NCBI GenBank assembly: GCA_035526585.1
Contig: DATLCC010000109.1
Location: forward strand, 1 to 63,290
DNA from: Thermoplasmatota archaeon
GTDB lineage: Archaea; Thermoplasmatota; SW-10-69-26; JACQPN01; JAJPHT01
DNA length: 63,290 nt
Direction of reading: 5' to 3'
The notes beneath the pieces are model-generated. The model was not told the DNA's origin and ran no database searches. It saw only the letters and a program-made list of their open reading frames with translations. This document shows, in pieces, positions 1 to 7,128 of this stretch. Numbering within the stretch: position 1 is the first letter of the stretch; each line of letters starts with the position of its first letter. Both the position numbers and the translations under genes were made by a program.

Positions 1-2632
1 GTCGGAGTTGGAGGTCGATCTTGGTGATGGTGCGTGGGCCGTGGGCGGCGCCGCGGATGAGGAAGTCGCCGCGTAGCGTGCTGGTGCGTGTGGGGTTTTC
101 GACGGCGACTGTGGGGGGTGGGTGGTCGGCGGGGGGGAGGCCGATGTCGAGGATGCGTTCGGTCTCGGCGTAGCCGGCTTCGTCGTCTTCGACGAGGAGG
201 CGGGCGGTGTGGACGCCGGCGTGCTCGTAGACGTAGGTGCAGTGGGGTTCGGTGGTCTGGCAATCGTCGTGGCCGTCTCCGTCGGCGTCGAAGCGGTAGT
301 AGGCGAGGTGGCCGTCGGGGTCGGTGGCGTTGGCGAGGAGGGTGGTCGGGTAGGCTGCGACGAGTCCGCCGGGTGCGATGTCGATGGTGGCGGTGGGGGG
401 TGCGTTGTGGACGAGGATGTGGTAGGGGAGGGTGAGGGCGAGTCCGGCTTCGTCGTAGACGGTGACGTTGCCTTGGTAGGTGCCGCTTCGTGGGTAGCGG
501 TGGGTGGGGCTTGTTTCGTTGGAGGTGGTGCCGTCGCCGAATTGCCAGGTTGCGGCGACGATGTTGCCTTCGCGGTCGTCGGCGATGACGTCGAAGCGGG
601 TGGGTTGTTGGGCGCGCGGCTCGGGGGGGTCGATGGTGACGTTGTGGATGGCGGGGGCGCTGTCGAGGATGGTGATGTTCTGCGTGTGGTCGGCGGCGGC
701 GCCGGCGTCGTCGATCACGTGGAGGTCGACGGTGTAGTTGCCGGGCGCGCGGTAGGCGTGGAGGGCGGCGGGGCCGTGGGCGGTGGTGTTGTCGCCGAAG
801 CGCCACGTCCAGTTGGCGAGGGGGCCGTCGGCGTCGGTGCTGGCGTCGAGGAAGAGGACCTCTTCGTAGCTCACGGGGAGGGCGGGCTCGTGGCGGAAGG
901 AGGCGGTGGGGGCGATGTCGTGGACGGGGATGGGCAGGCGCGTCTGGGTGGCGTCGCCGGCGTCGTCGACGACGCGTAGCGTGATGTTGTGCGTGCCGCG
1001 CGTGTCGAAGCGCAGCTGGGGCGCGGCTTCGCCGCTCGTGGTGCCGTCGTCGAAGCTCCACGTTCGCTCGATGAGGAGGCCGTCGTGGTCGAGGCTCGTA
1101 TCGTGGAGGGTGACGACGTCGAGGATGGTGGGGTCGGTGGGTGTCCACTCGAAGCGCGCGAGGGGTGCGCCGTTCTCGACCTGGAGGTTCGTTTCGACGG
1201 TGGTGGCGCCGCCGACGTCGTCGGTCGCGGTGACGTTGGCGAGGAAGCTTCCGCGCTCGGCGTAGCGGTGGCGCGCTTCGGGCTTCGTCGTGACGAGGGT
1301 GGTCCCGTCGCCGAAGCCCCAGCGGTATTCGACGACGCGGCCGTCCTCGTCGCTCGCGTCGACCTTGAAGAGGTGCCCGCCGTCGCCAAGCTGCGGCTCG
1401 CCGACAAAGGCGACGGTGGGGAGCCGGTCGAGCGCGTGGAGAGGGATGCTGGCGCTTGCGGATCGGCCGCGCGGCGAGCTCGTCTGCAGGCTGAGGACGT
1501 GGTCGCCCGGTCTCTCGAGCACGAGCGACGCTTCGGCGCCCTCGGCGACGATCGCGCCGTCGAGCGTCCACGTGGCGCGCTCGGCATCGGCGCCCACGCC
1601 CGAGAAGGCAAGGGGCGTCCCTGTGGGCTGCGGCGCGTCGGTGCCGGCGATCGCGAGCTGGAGCGGCGTGTGCGTCAGGAAACGCACGGTGGCGGCGACG
1701 CCCGGCTGTCCTCCGACGCTCAGCGGGACGAAGCGCAGGACGTGCGTCCCGTTGGCAAGGGCGACCATGGGGAGGCGCGTCGTCCACGTGCCCGTCGGCA
1801 GGAGGTCGGCGTCCTGCGCTGCGAGGCCGTCGAGCTGCACGGCGATGCGGACGGCGTCGGAGGCGGTCCCGGTCGCGAGGATGCAGGCTCCTCCGCAGGC
1901 GAGGTCGCCTTCCTCGCCGTAGCTCGCGTCTGGATGGGGGGAGAGGACGCGCACGGTGGGCGGGGCGGGCGAGCCGGCGGCGACGTGCAGGACGCGCGGA
2001 AGGCTGCGCACGGCTCCGAGGGCCGTCGCCGTGAGCGCGTGCGGGCCCGCGGGCACGTCGATGGCCGCGCTCCATGTGCCCTCGTCGATGGGAACGCGCG
2101 CGGCTTCCTGGCCATCCAGCTCGATGAGCACGGCATCGGCGCGGCCCTGGATGGTGCCTCCGAGGGCGAGCGTCCCCTCCGGCAGCCCATCCCCGTCGGC
2201 GGGTGTCAGGATGCGCAGCGTAGGCGCGTCGCGCCGCACCTCGAGGCGAGCGGGGATCGAGAGCGCGTCGCCGTCGAACGCGCGCACCTCGAGCACGTGG
2301 TCGCCCGGCCCGAGGGGCACTCCGATGGCGAAGGGCGTCGACCGCTGGCCGTGCGCGGCGAGGGGCGCGCTCTGCCAGCGGCCGCCATCGACGCGATAAT
2401 GCACGTCCGCGACGTCGCGCGCGTTCGAGAGCGCTTGACCGGCCAGGGTCACGTTCGCGCCTACACCGTCGCCGTCGGCGGGGCTCAGGACCCGCAGCTC
2501 TGGAGGCGCCGGAATACGCTCGGAGGTGAGGTCGAGAAGGCCAGGAATGCTCGTGGTGGGAAGGCTCCACGCGAGCGCGAGGCCGACGATGAGCAGGGCG
2601 CCGACGACGAGCATCGCTTTTGGATGCTTCAC
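1..2632 (-). CDS. PKD-domain repeat surface protein (3' end cut by window edge)
   Basis: Stop-free reverse frame from GTG 2632 to position 1 (absent from ORF track because there is no stop in the window). N-terminal hydrophobic anchor (KHPKAMLVVGALLIVGLALA), then repeated PKD-like modules (W-x-FGDGT...H-x-Y...G-x-Y-x-V-x-L-x-V-x-D). The GTG overlaps the TGA of the upstream ORF (GTGA). Confidence 0.8.
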   Translation of the reverse strand, partial: MKHPKAMLVVGALLIVGLALAWSLPTTSIPGLLDLTSERIPAPPELRVLSPADGDGVGANVTLAGQALSNARDVADVHYRVDGGRWQSAPLAAHGQRSTPFAIGVPLGPGDHVLEVRAFDGDALSIPARLEVRRDAPTLRILTPADGDGLPEGTLALGGTIQGRADAVLIELDGQEAARVPIDEGTWSAAIDVPAGPHALTATALGAVRSLPRVLHVAAGSPAPPTVRVLSPHPDASYGEEGDLACGGACILATGTASDAVRIAVQLDGLAAQDADLLPTGTWTTRLPMVALANGTHVLRFVPLSVGGQPGVAATVRFLTHTPLQLAIAGTDAPQPTGTPLAFSGVGADAERATWTLDGAIVAEGAEASLVLERPGDHVLSLQTSSPRGRSASASIPLHALDRLPTVAFVGEPQLGDGGHLFKVDASDEDGRVVEYRWGFGDGTTLVTTKPEARHRYAERGSFLANVTATDDVGGATTVETNLQVENGAPLARFEWTPTDPTILDVVTLHDTSLDHDGLLIERTWSFDDGTTSGEAAPQLRFDTRGTHNITLRVVDDAGDATQTRLPIPVHDIAPTASFRHEPALPVSYEEVLFLDASTDADGPLANWTWRFGDNTTAHGPAALHAYRAPGNYTVDLHVIDDAGAAADHTQNITILDSAPAIHNVTIDPPEPRAQQPTRFDVIADDREGNIVAATWQFGDGTTSNETSPTHRYPRSGTYQGNVTVYDEAGLALTLPYHILVHNAPPTATIDIAPGGLVAAYPTTLLANATDPDGHLAYYRFDADGDGHDDCQTTEPHCTYVYEHAGVHTARLLVEDDEAGYAETERILDIGLPPADHPPPTVAVENPTRTSTLRGDFLIRGAAHGPRTITKIDLQLR

Positions 2633-3114
2633 GGGAGGCAGACCCCCGGGACGACGCAGCTCGCGCTCGCAGGACGGTCGACGAGCTCGAACTCGGACGA
2701 AGCGCCGGGCAGGTCGACGACGTGCCCGCGGAAGCGGACGATGATATCGACGTCGACGCCGGCGGCGGGATCGACCTGCAGGCGCCGCACGCCGGGGTGG
2801 CACAGGACCGCATCGTGGCTCGTGGGGAGGACGATGACGCTGGCGCGGCAATCGGTCGTGAGGTAGAACGGCTCGTCCGCCGCGCTCTGCGCCTCGACGA
2901 GGACCTCGGTGGGCTCGGGGATGGTGATCACCCACGAGGCCTCGTCGTTCAAGAGGATCAAGGGGCCCGCCGGCGTGGGGCTCGCGATCAGTCGCTCGAC
3001 GTGGACGTCGAAGGCGCTCCCGACCTGCGCGACGGCCGGGAGGCTAAGGGTCATGGCGAGCGCGACGGCAACGAGAGCCCCAAGGCGCAAAGGCGCGGCC
3101 TCCGTGGCTTCCAA
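2629..3114 (-). CDS. secreted hypothetical protein
   Basis: 161-aa ORF with signal-like LGALVAVALAMTLSLPAVAQ. Its stop overlaps the start of the downstream PKD gene, so they are probably co-transcribed. Confidence 0.6.
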   Translation of the reverse strand: MEATEAAPLRLGALVAVALAMTLSLPAVAQVGSAFDVHVERLIASPTPAGPLILLNDEASWVITIPEPTEVLVEAQSAADEPFYLTTDCRASVIVLPTSHDAVLCHPGVRRLQVDPAAGVDVDIIVRFRGHVVDLPGASSEFELVDRPASASCVVPGVCLP

Positions 3115-3396
3115 CTATGCTCTCGCGAGGGATGGGGTTTCGGTGTCACCGCGCGGGACACCGGCATCCACCGCCTGTACGGCTAAGACGTGATTCTATC
3201 CCTTTGAATCGGAAAAGCGTAACTCTGTACGGATTTCTTGAATCCTGACCAGGTTTTGCGCGTATCGCTCGCAAAAGGGTGGCGGGCGCGCTCGACGCTC
3301 ACGAGCTGATATGACGGCAGGGCAAGGGGGTGGTGCTGTGCGCCCCGAACCGCCGAAACGAGGCGTGGACTTATGTCGCGACGAAAAGCGGTGAAA

Positions 3397-3444
3397 CTAA
3401 CTAGTCCCGTCACTAGACAAGTCACTAGGCAGGTCACTAGATGG
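3397..3444 (+). repeat. 12-bp iterons GTCACTAG-N4 (3 full copies plus one partial ACTAG copy)
   Basis: taACTAGtccc GTCACTAGacaa GTCACTAGgcag GTCACTAGatgg. The last copy contains the ATG (3441) of the AbrB-like gene. It lies at the end of a low-GC spacer. Confidence 0.8.
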
Positions 3445-3758
3445 GGATGGAAACGCGCGTTTGGAGGACCGGATACGAAACCAACCTGCTCACCACCGTG
3501 CCGAAAGCCGTCCGCGAGCAGCTCGCCCTCACCCACGACGACCGGATCCGATGGAGCGTCGAAGGGGGGTTCGCCCGCGTCGCCAAAGCCGGCGCCGACG
3601 ACGGCGAGGCCACGACCTACCGGCTGTACAAGCAGACGCGCGGAAACAGCCTCTACACAACGCTCCCCGCATCGGTGGTCGAGCAGCTGCGCATGACCGA
3701 CCGCTCGCGGGTCGAGTGGGAGCTCCAAGGTGGGATCGCGCACGTCCGCAAGGCTTGA
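3441..3758 (+). CDS. tandem SpoVT/AbrB-like DNA-binding protein
   Basis: 105 aa with two AbrB-like segments (TTVPKAVREQLALTHDDRIRWSV and TTLPASVVEQLRMTDRSRVEWEL) in one chain. Confidence 0.6.
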   Translation: MGMETRVWRTGYETNLLTTVPKAVREQLALTHDDRIRWSVEGGFARVAKAGADDGEATTYRLYKQTRGNSLYTTLPASVVEQLRMTDRSRVEWELQGGIAHVRKA

Positions 3759-3759
3759 G

Positions 3760-4617
3760 GTGCCCCAACCGGACACGAAGCCGGCCATCGTCCTCGACAG
3801 CTCGTACGAGCTTTCGAACGAAATTTCGAAAATTCGATTCCGCGTGCTGACGCGCGTATCCGACGACAAGCTCCGATCCATCCCTCAGCAGCTCGCGGAC
3901 TGCGCGGCCTACGTCCAAGGGCTGACGCGCGACGCCGTGATCGACGGGCTCTACAACCTGGGCGAGCACTCCGGCTTCTCGATGACGGAAAGCGAGGTCT
4001 ACCGGCGCATGCTCGACGACGCGCGCGCCGGCAAGTTCCACGCGCTCGTCGTCCGCGACACGAGCCGCCTCGGCCGCGACTACTGGGAGAAGCTTGGCAC
4101 CCTCCGCGACCTGCGCAGCGCCAAGATCGAGTTCCACGTCGTCGAAGACGGCGGCCGCTTCGATTTCGAAGACCGCCTCTCCAAGGTCAAGAGCTGGGCG
4201 AGCACGTGGGCCGACGAGGAGAAAAAGAAAGAAGAGATCCGGAAGTCGCTGCGAGCCACAGAAGCGCGCCGCGAGATGGGCTTCCCCACGGTACCCCCGC
4301 CGCTGGGCTATCGCGTCGTACGCGATCCCGACATGGGCCGCAAGGTGTGGAAGCTGGACGCAGCCGCCGCCAAGGTGAGCGCCTTGTTCGATGCCTTCGT
4401 CGCCGAGCCCGCCCTCACGTTCTCCGAGCTCGGCCGCCGGTGCGGGCTCGACGCGAAGCAGGTCGCACGCGCGCTCCGTAACCGCGCCTACACCGGGGGC
4501 TTCGTGTGGCAGGGAGGCTTCCGTCGCTGCGCGCCGGAAGTGGTACCTGCGATCGTGGACGAGGGGACGTTCGAGCGGGCGCAGGCCGCGCTCGCGGCCA
4601 GGCGGGACGACGCGTAG
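3760..4617 (+). CDS. serine recombinase (resolvase catalytic domain + recombinase domain), copy 1
   Basis: RVSDDKLRS nucleophile region, VVRDTSRLGRDYWE block, then LGYRV...LRNRAYTGGFVW recombinase-domain-like part. GTG 3760 lies 2 nt after the AbrB-like stop (track start 3730 is the longest alternative). No zinc-ribbon or coiled-coil tail. Confidence 0.8.
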   Translation: MPQPDTKPAIVLDSSYELSNEISKIRFRVLTRVSDDKLRSIPQQLADCAAYVQGLTRDAVIDGLYNLGEHSGFSMTESEVYRRMLDDARAGKFHALVVRDTSRLGRDYWEKLGTLRDLRSAKIEFHVVEDGGRFDFEDRLSKVKSWASTWADEEKKKEEIRKSLRATEARREMGFPTVPPPLGYRVVRDPDMGRKVWKLDAAAAKVSALFDAFVAEPALTFSELGRRCGLDAKQVARALRNRAYTGGFVWQGGFRRCAPEVVPAIVDEGTFERAQAALAARRDDA

Positions 4618-4672
4618 GACCCACGCGGGGGCCGGGTGGCGCCCGGGTGAGGCCACGCGGGTCGACGCGTGG
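4598..4672 (+). repeat. CACGTG-unit intergenic repeat, copy A
   Basis: GCCAGGCGGGACGACGCGTAG (supplies the recombinase stop codon), then CCACGCGGGGG CCGGGTGGC GCCCGGGTGAGG CCACGCGG GTCGACGCGTGGC. Confidence 0.75.
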
Positions 4673-4733
4673 CTGCGCCTGGCAAAGAGGCGGGGAAACT
4701 GTTCATATCTCCGAGCTGCCTCCTTGGGCGCGC

Positions 4734-5078
4734 ATGAACCGCCGCCGCGTCACCACCCGCATGATCCGCCTCTCCCTCGTCCGCTCGCGCATCAAGCTAC
4801 GCATCCTCTTCGCGCTCCTGGACCTGGGAGAGGCGAGCCTCGCGGACCTCGCCCGCGAGGCGCGTGCCAAGCCCGCCCACGTCGAGGGCGCGCTTTTTGG
4901 AGATGGCGTCGCCTTCCGCACAAGCACGGCCCTCGTCGCCTTGGGGCTCGTCCGCGTGCGAGAGAGCGTCTTCTCGCGAACTGCGACCCTCACGCCGCGT
5001 GGTCGCTCCGTCGCCACCGTGTGGCGACGCGAATCCACCCGCGCGACGCTCGGCCTCGCGCGCCACCCGCATGCGTGA
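4734..5078 (+). CDS. winged-helix (ArsR/TrmB-like) DNA-binding protein
   Basis: 114 aa from ATG 4734. RIKLRILFALLDLGEASLADLAREA looks like a wHTH. The upstream part of track ORF 4506.. is repeat-derived Arg/Gly-rich sequence. Confidence 0.55.
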   Translation: MNRRRVTTRMIRLSLVRSRIKLRILFALLDLGEASLADLAREARAKPAHVEGALFGDGVAFRTSTALVALGLVRVRESVFSRTATLTPRGRSVATVWRRESTRATLGLARHPHA

Positions 5079-5083
5079 GACGT

Positions 5084-5146
5084 CCACGTGGCCCCACTTC
5101 AGGACACGTGGCATCCACGTGGGGGCCACACGGGGCGACGCGTGGC
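5084..5146 (+). repeat. CACGTG-unit intergenic repeat, copy B
   Basis: CCACGTGGC CCCACTTCAGGA CACGTGGCAT CCACGTGGGGG CCACACGG GGCGACGCGTGGC. Confidence 0.75.
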
Positions 5147-5226
5147 GCGTTGCGCGACTTTCGGTTCGCTCCGCCTCGTTTCGACTTCGGAGCCTTCTTA
5201 ATCCTCCGCAGTGTCTTGCGCCTTGG

Positions 5227-6225
5227 ATGCACACGCTCGACGCCTTTCTCGCTGAGGTCGATCGCCGCCTGAAGGATGGCGAGGATCGCGATCCTCGCGT
5301 CATCGATCTCCTGCGCCCGGAAGAGACCGCGGCGTTCCGCGCGCGTGGCGCGCGGGTCTACCGCGTCCTCGCGCGCATCAGCGACGACAAGCTGCTGAGC
5401 ATCCCGCAGCAGGTCAAGGAATGCGTCCGATACGCCTGGGGTGACGTCGTCGGCGGCGTCCGTCGCGTGGATGCGGAAACGGTCGGAGGCGTCGTCGACC
5501 GGATCTACAGCCTCGGTGAGCATTCGGGATTCAAGATCGATCAGTCGCCTGTGATGCGTCGCGTCCTTCAGGAGGCGGAAACGCACGAATTCGACGCGCT
5601 CGTCGCTCGCGACGGCGCTCGTCTAGGCCGTGACTATTGGGAGAAGATGGGCACGATCCGGGACTTCCGCCGCTCGAAGGTGGAGCTCCACATCATCGAG
5701 GATGGCGGCTTCTTCGACTACGAGGATTCCATGAACAAGGTCCGTTCCTTCGCGAACACGTGGGGAGACGAGGGAAAGAAGCTCGAGGAGATCCGCAAGT
5801 CGATGAAGGCGACGCAGGCGATCCGCGACGCGCGCTTCCCGACGACGTCGCTCCCGTTCGGCTACGAGCCGGCCGTCGATGCGGTGAGCCGCCGCAAGGT
5901 GTGGCGCCCGACGCCCGAGGCGGAGGTCGTTCGCAGCGTCTTCCGCTCGATCAAAGAGGAGCCCTACGAGGAGTTCAGCTCCCTCTCGCGCCGACACGGC
6001 ATCAGCCGGCAGCTTCTGCGCAAGATCCTCCGCAACCGCGCTTATACGGGCGGATTCAACTGGAAGGGGCAGTTCGTGCGCTGCGAGACCCACGTCATCC
6101 CGCCCCTCGTGGACGAGGTCACGTTCGAGGAGGTCCAGCGGATCCTCACCCGCCGCGAGATGACGGCACGGATCCGGAGCCCGGACCTGATGAACGTCAT
6201 CCTCGGTTTCAGCCAGCAGAGCTAG
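5227..6225 (+). CDS. serine recombinase, copy 2 (paralog of 3760..4617)
   Basis: Shares blocks with copy 1 (LGEHSGF, RLGRDYWEK-GT-RD, EDGG-FD-ED, LRNRAYTGGF-W) and has the RISDDKLLS nucleophile region. ATG 5227 was chosen because the longer track ORF (4864..) overlaps the wHTH gene and repeat B. Confidence 0.8.
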   Translation: MHTLDAFLAEVDRRLKDGEDRDPRVIDLLRPEETAAFRARGARVYRVLARISDDKLLSIPQQVKECVRYAWGDVVGGVRRVDAETVGGVVDRIYSLGEHSGFKIDQSPVMRRVLQEAETHEFDALVARDGARLGRDYWEKMGTIRDFRRSKVELHIIEDGGFFDYEDSMNKVRSFANTWGDEGKKLEEIRKSMKATQAIRDARFPTTSLPFGYEPAVDAVSRRKVWRPTPEAEVVRSVFRSIKEEPYEEFSSLSRRHGISRQLLRKILRNRAYTGGFNWKGQFVRCETHVIPPLVDEVTFEEVQRILTRREMTARIRSPDLMNVILGFSQQS

Positions 6226-6249
6226 TCTCGGAACCTTCGATGACCCCTC

Positions 6250-6286
6250 CCGGCGACCACCATGCGGGTCGCCGGAGAGCGTTTTT
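6250..6286 (+). terminator. hairpin plus T-run after recombinase 2
   Basis: CCGGCGACC (6250-6258) / GGTCGCCGG (6267-6275) with an 8-nt loop, then TTTTT at 6282-6286. Confidence 0.4.
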
Positions 6287-6289
6287 CTC

Positions 6290-6880
6290 GTGCTTTCCAC
6301 CGCCCCGACGGTCATCCCTTTTCTTGCGGAGGGTCAGGTGCGGCCAGGTGACGCCACCTTCTCCCTGGTGCTCTCCTCCTCGGCCCTGCTCGCCGAATTC
6401 GAAGCGCGCCTGCTCCTCGACGCGGCCGCCCGGGGGCAGGATTCCGTCCTCATCTGCGGCGACAACCGTCTCGATGCCTACGGTCTCCTAGCCCGCGCCC
6501 GCGCCATGGGCATCGAGGACGCACTCGCCGACGGCGTGCACCTGGCTCGCGCGTTCACGCTCCACCAGTTCGTCGCGCTCGTCGAGGAGACGCTGCCGCG
6601 CATGGCGCGCGAAACGGACGCCTCGCTCGCTCTCGTCACGGGGTCGCTCGACCTGTTCGCCGACGAGGACGTGACCGAAGCCGAGGCCCGTGTCCTTCTC
6701 CCGCGGATGATGCGACGGCTGGGCGCGCTCGCGCACCGGGACATGATCGTCGTCGCGACCGGCGATGCGCGTTCGCGGCACGCTGACCTCGCGCGCGAGC
6801 ACGCTCCCCACCGCGAGATCTCCAGGATCGCGCCCTCCGCGCGCCAGCCGCGCCTCGACGCGTTCGTGGAGGTGGCATGA
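6290..6880 (+). CDS. RecA-fold (RadB/KaiC-like) protein lacking a P-loop
   Basis: 196 aa with a RadB-like layout by eye (IPFLAEG-VRPGD..., LALVTGSLDLF, IVVATGD). No GxxxxGK[ST]: the position reads LVLSSSALLAE. No clear Walker-B Asp. ATGA overlap with the next ORF. Confidence 0.45.
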   Translation: MLSTAPTVIPFLAEGQVRPGDATFSLVLSSSALLAEFEARLLLDAAARGQDSVLICGDNRLDAYGLLARARAMGIEDALADGVHLARAFTLHQFVALVEETLPRMARETDASLALVTGSLDLFADEDVTEAEARVLLPRMMRRLGALAHRDMIVVATGDARSRHADLAREHAPHREISRIAPSARQPRLDAFVEVA

Positions 6881-7128
6881 TGGGGCGGACCATGCCCACC
6901 TCCCGCGACATCCTGGACCGTCTCGAGTTCGAGTGGCGCGATTTCCGTCGGGGCCTCACCGGCGCCGAGCAGGCGCGCTTCGATGCGCTCTGGCAGATGG
7001 CGCGCGCGCACGCGAGCGCGATGTCGAACCAGGCGCCGCTCGACCCGATGCAGGCCGCGCTCCTGTCGATGCTCCTGGAGTTGCAGAAGGAGGTGGAAGC
7101 GTTACGGAAGGCGTCCTCCTCGACGTGA
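6877..7128 (+). CDS. small helical hypothetical protein
   Basis: 83 aa. Its start overlaps the upstream stop (ATGA) and its TGA overlaps the GTG of the polymerase gene (GTGA). Composition is normal. Confidence 0.45.
   Translation: MMGRTMPTSRDILDRLEFEWRDFRRGLTGAEQARFDALWQMARAHASAMSNQAPLDPMQAALLSMLLELQKEVEALRKASSST

Noticed and set aside
88-2866. Plus-strand ORFs 88..435, 122..979, 989..2866 and others, and minus-strand ORFs 871..1611 and 1720..2190.
   Set aside because: All are alternative frames of the real minus-strand PKD gene (1..2632), which the track omits because it has no stop in the window. Their sequences are Gly/Arg/Val or Ser/Pro/Arg-rich junk.
3183-3881. A 232-aa minus-strand ORF spanning the low-GC spacer and running antisense to the AbrB-like gene.
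   Set aside because: It crosses an obviously non-coding AT-rich spacer and the iterons, and it has no motifs. The opposite-strand AbrB-like ORF shows a duplicated domain signature.
7080-7128. A possible upstream start or programmed frameshift fusing the 83-aa ORF to PolB. The polB-frame residues just upstream of GTG 7125 read EGVLLD, reminiscent of PolB N-termini.
   Set aside because: There is no in-frame ATG/GTG/TTG between the junk region and 7125, and no slippery heptamer is visible. The GTGA stop/start overlap is a simpler explanation. The start remains uncertain (7125 versus 7152).
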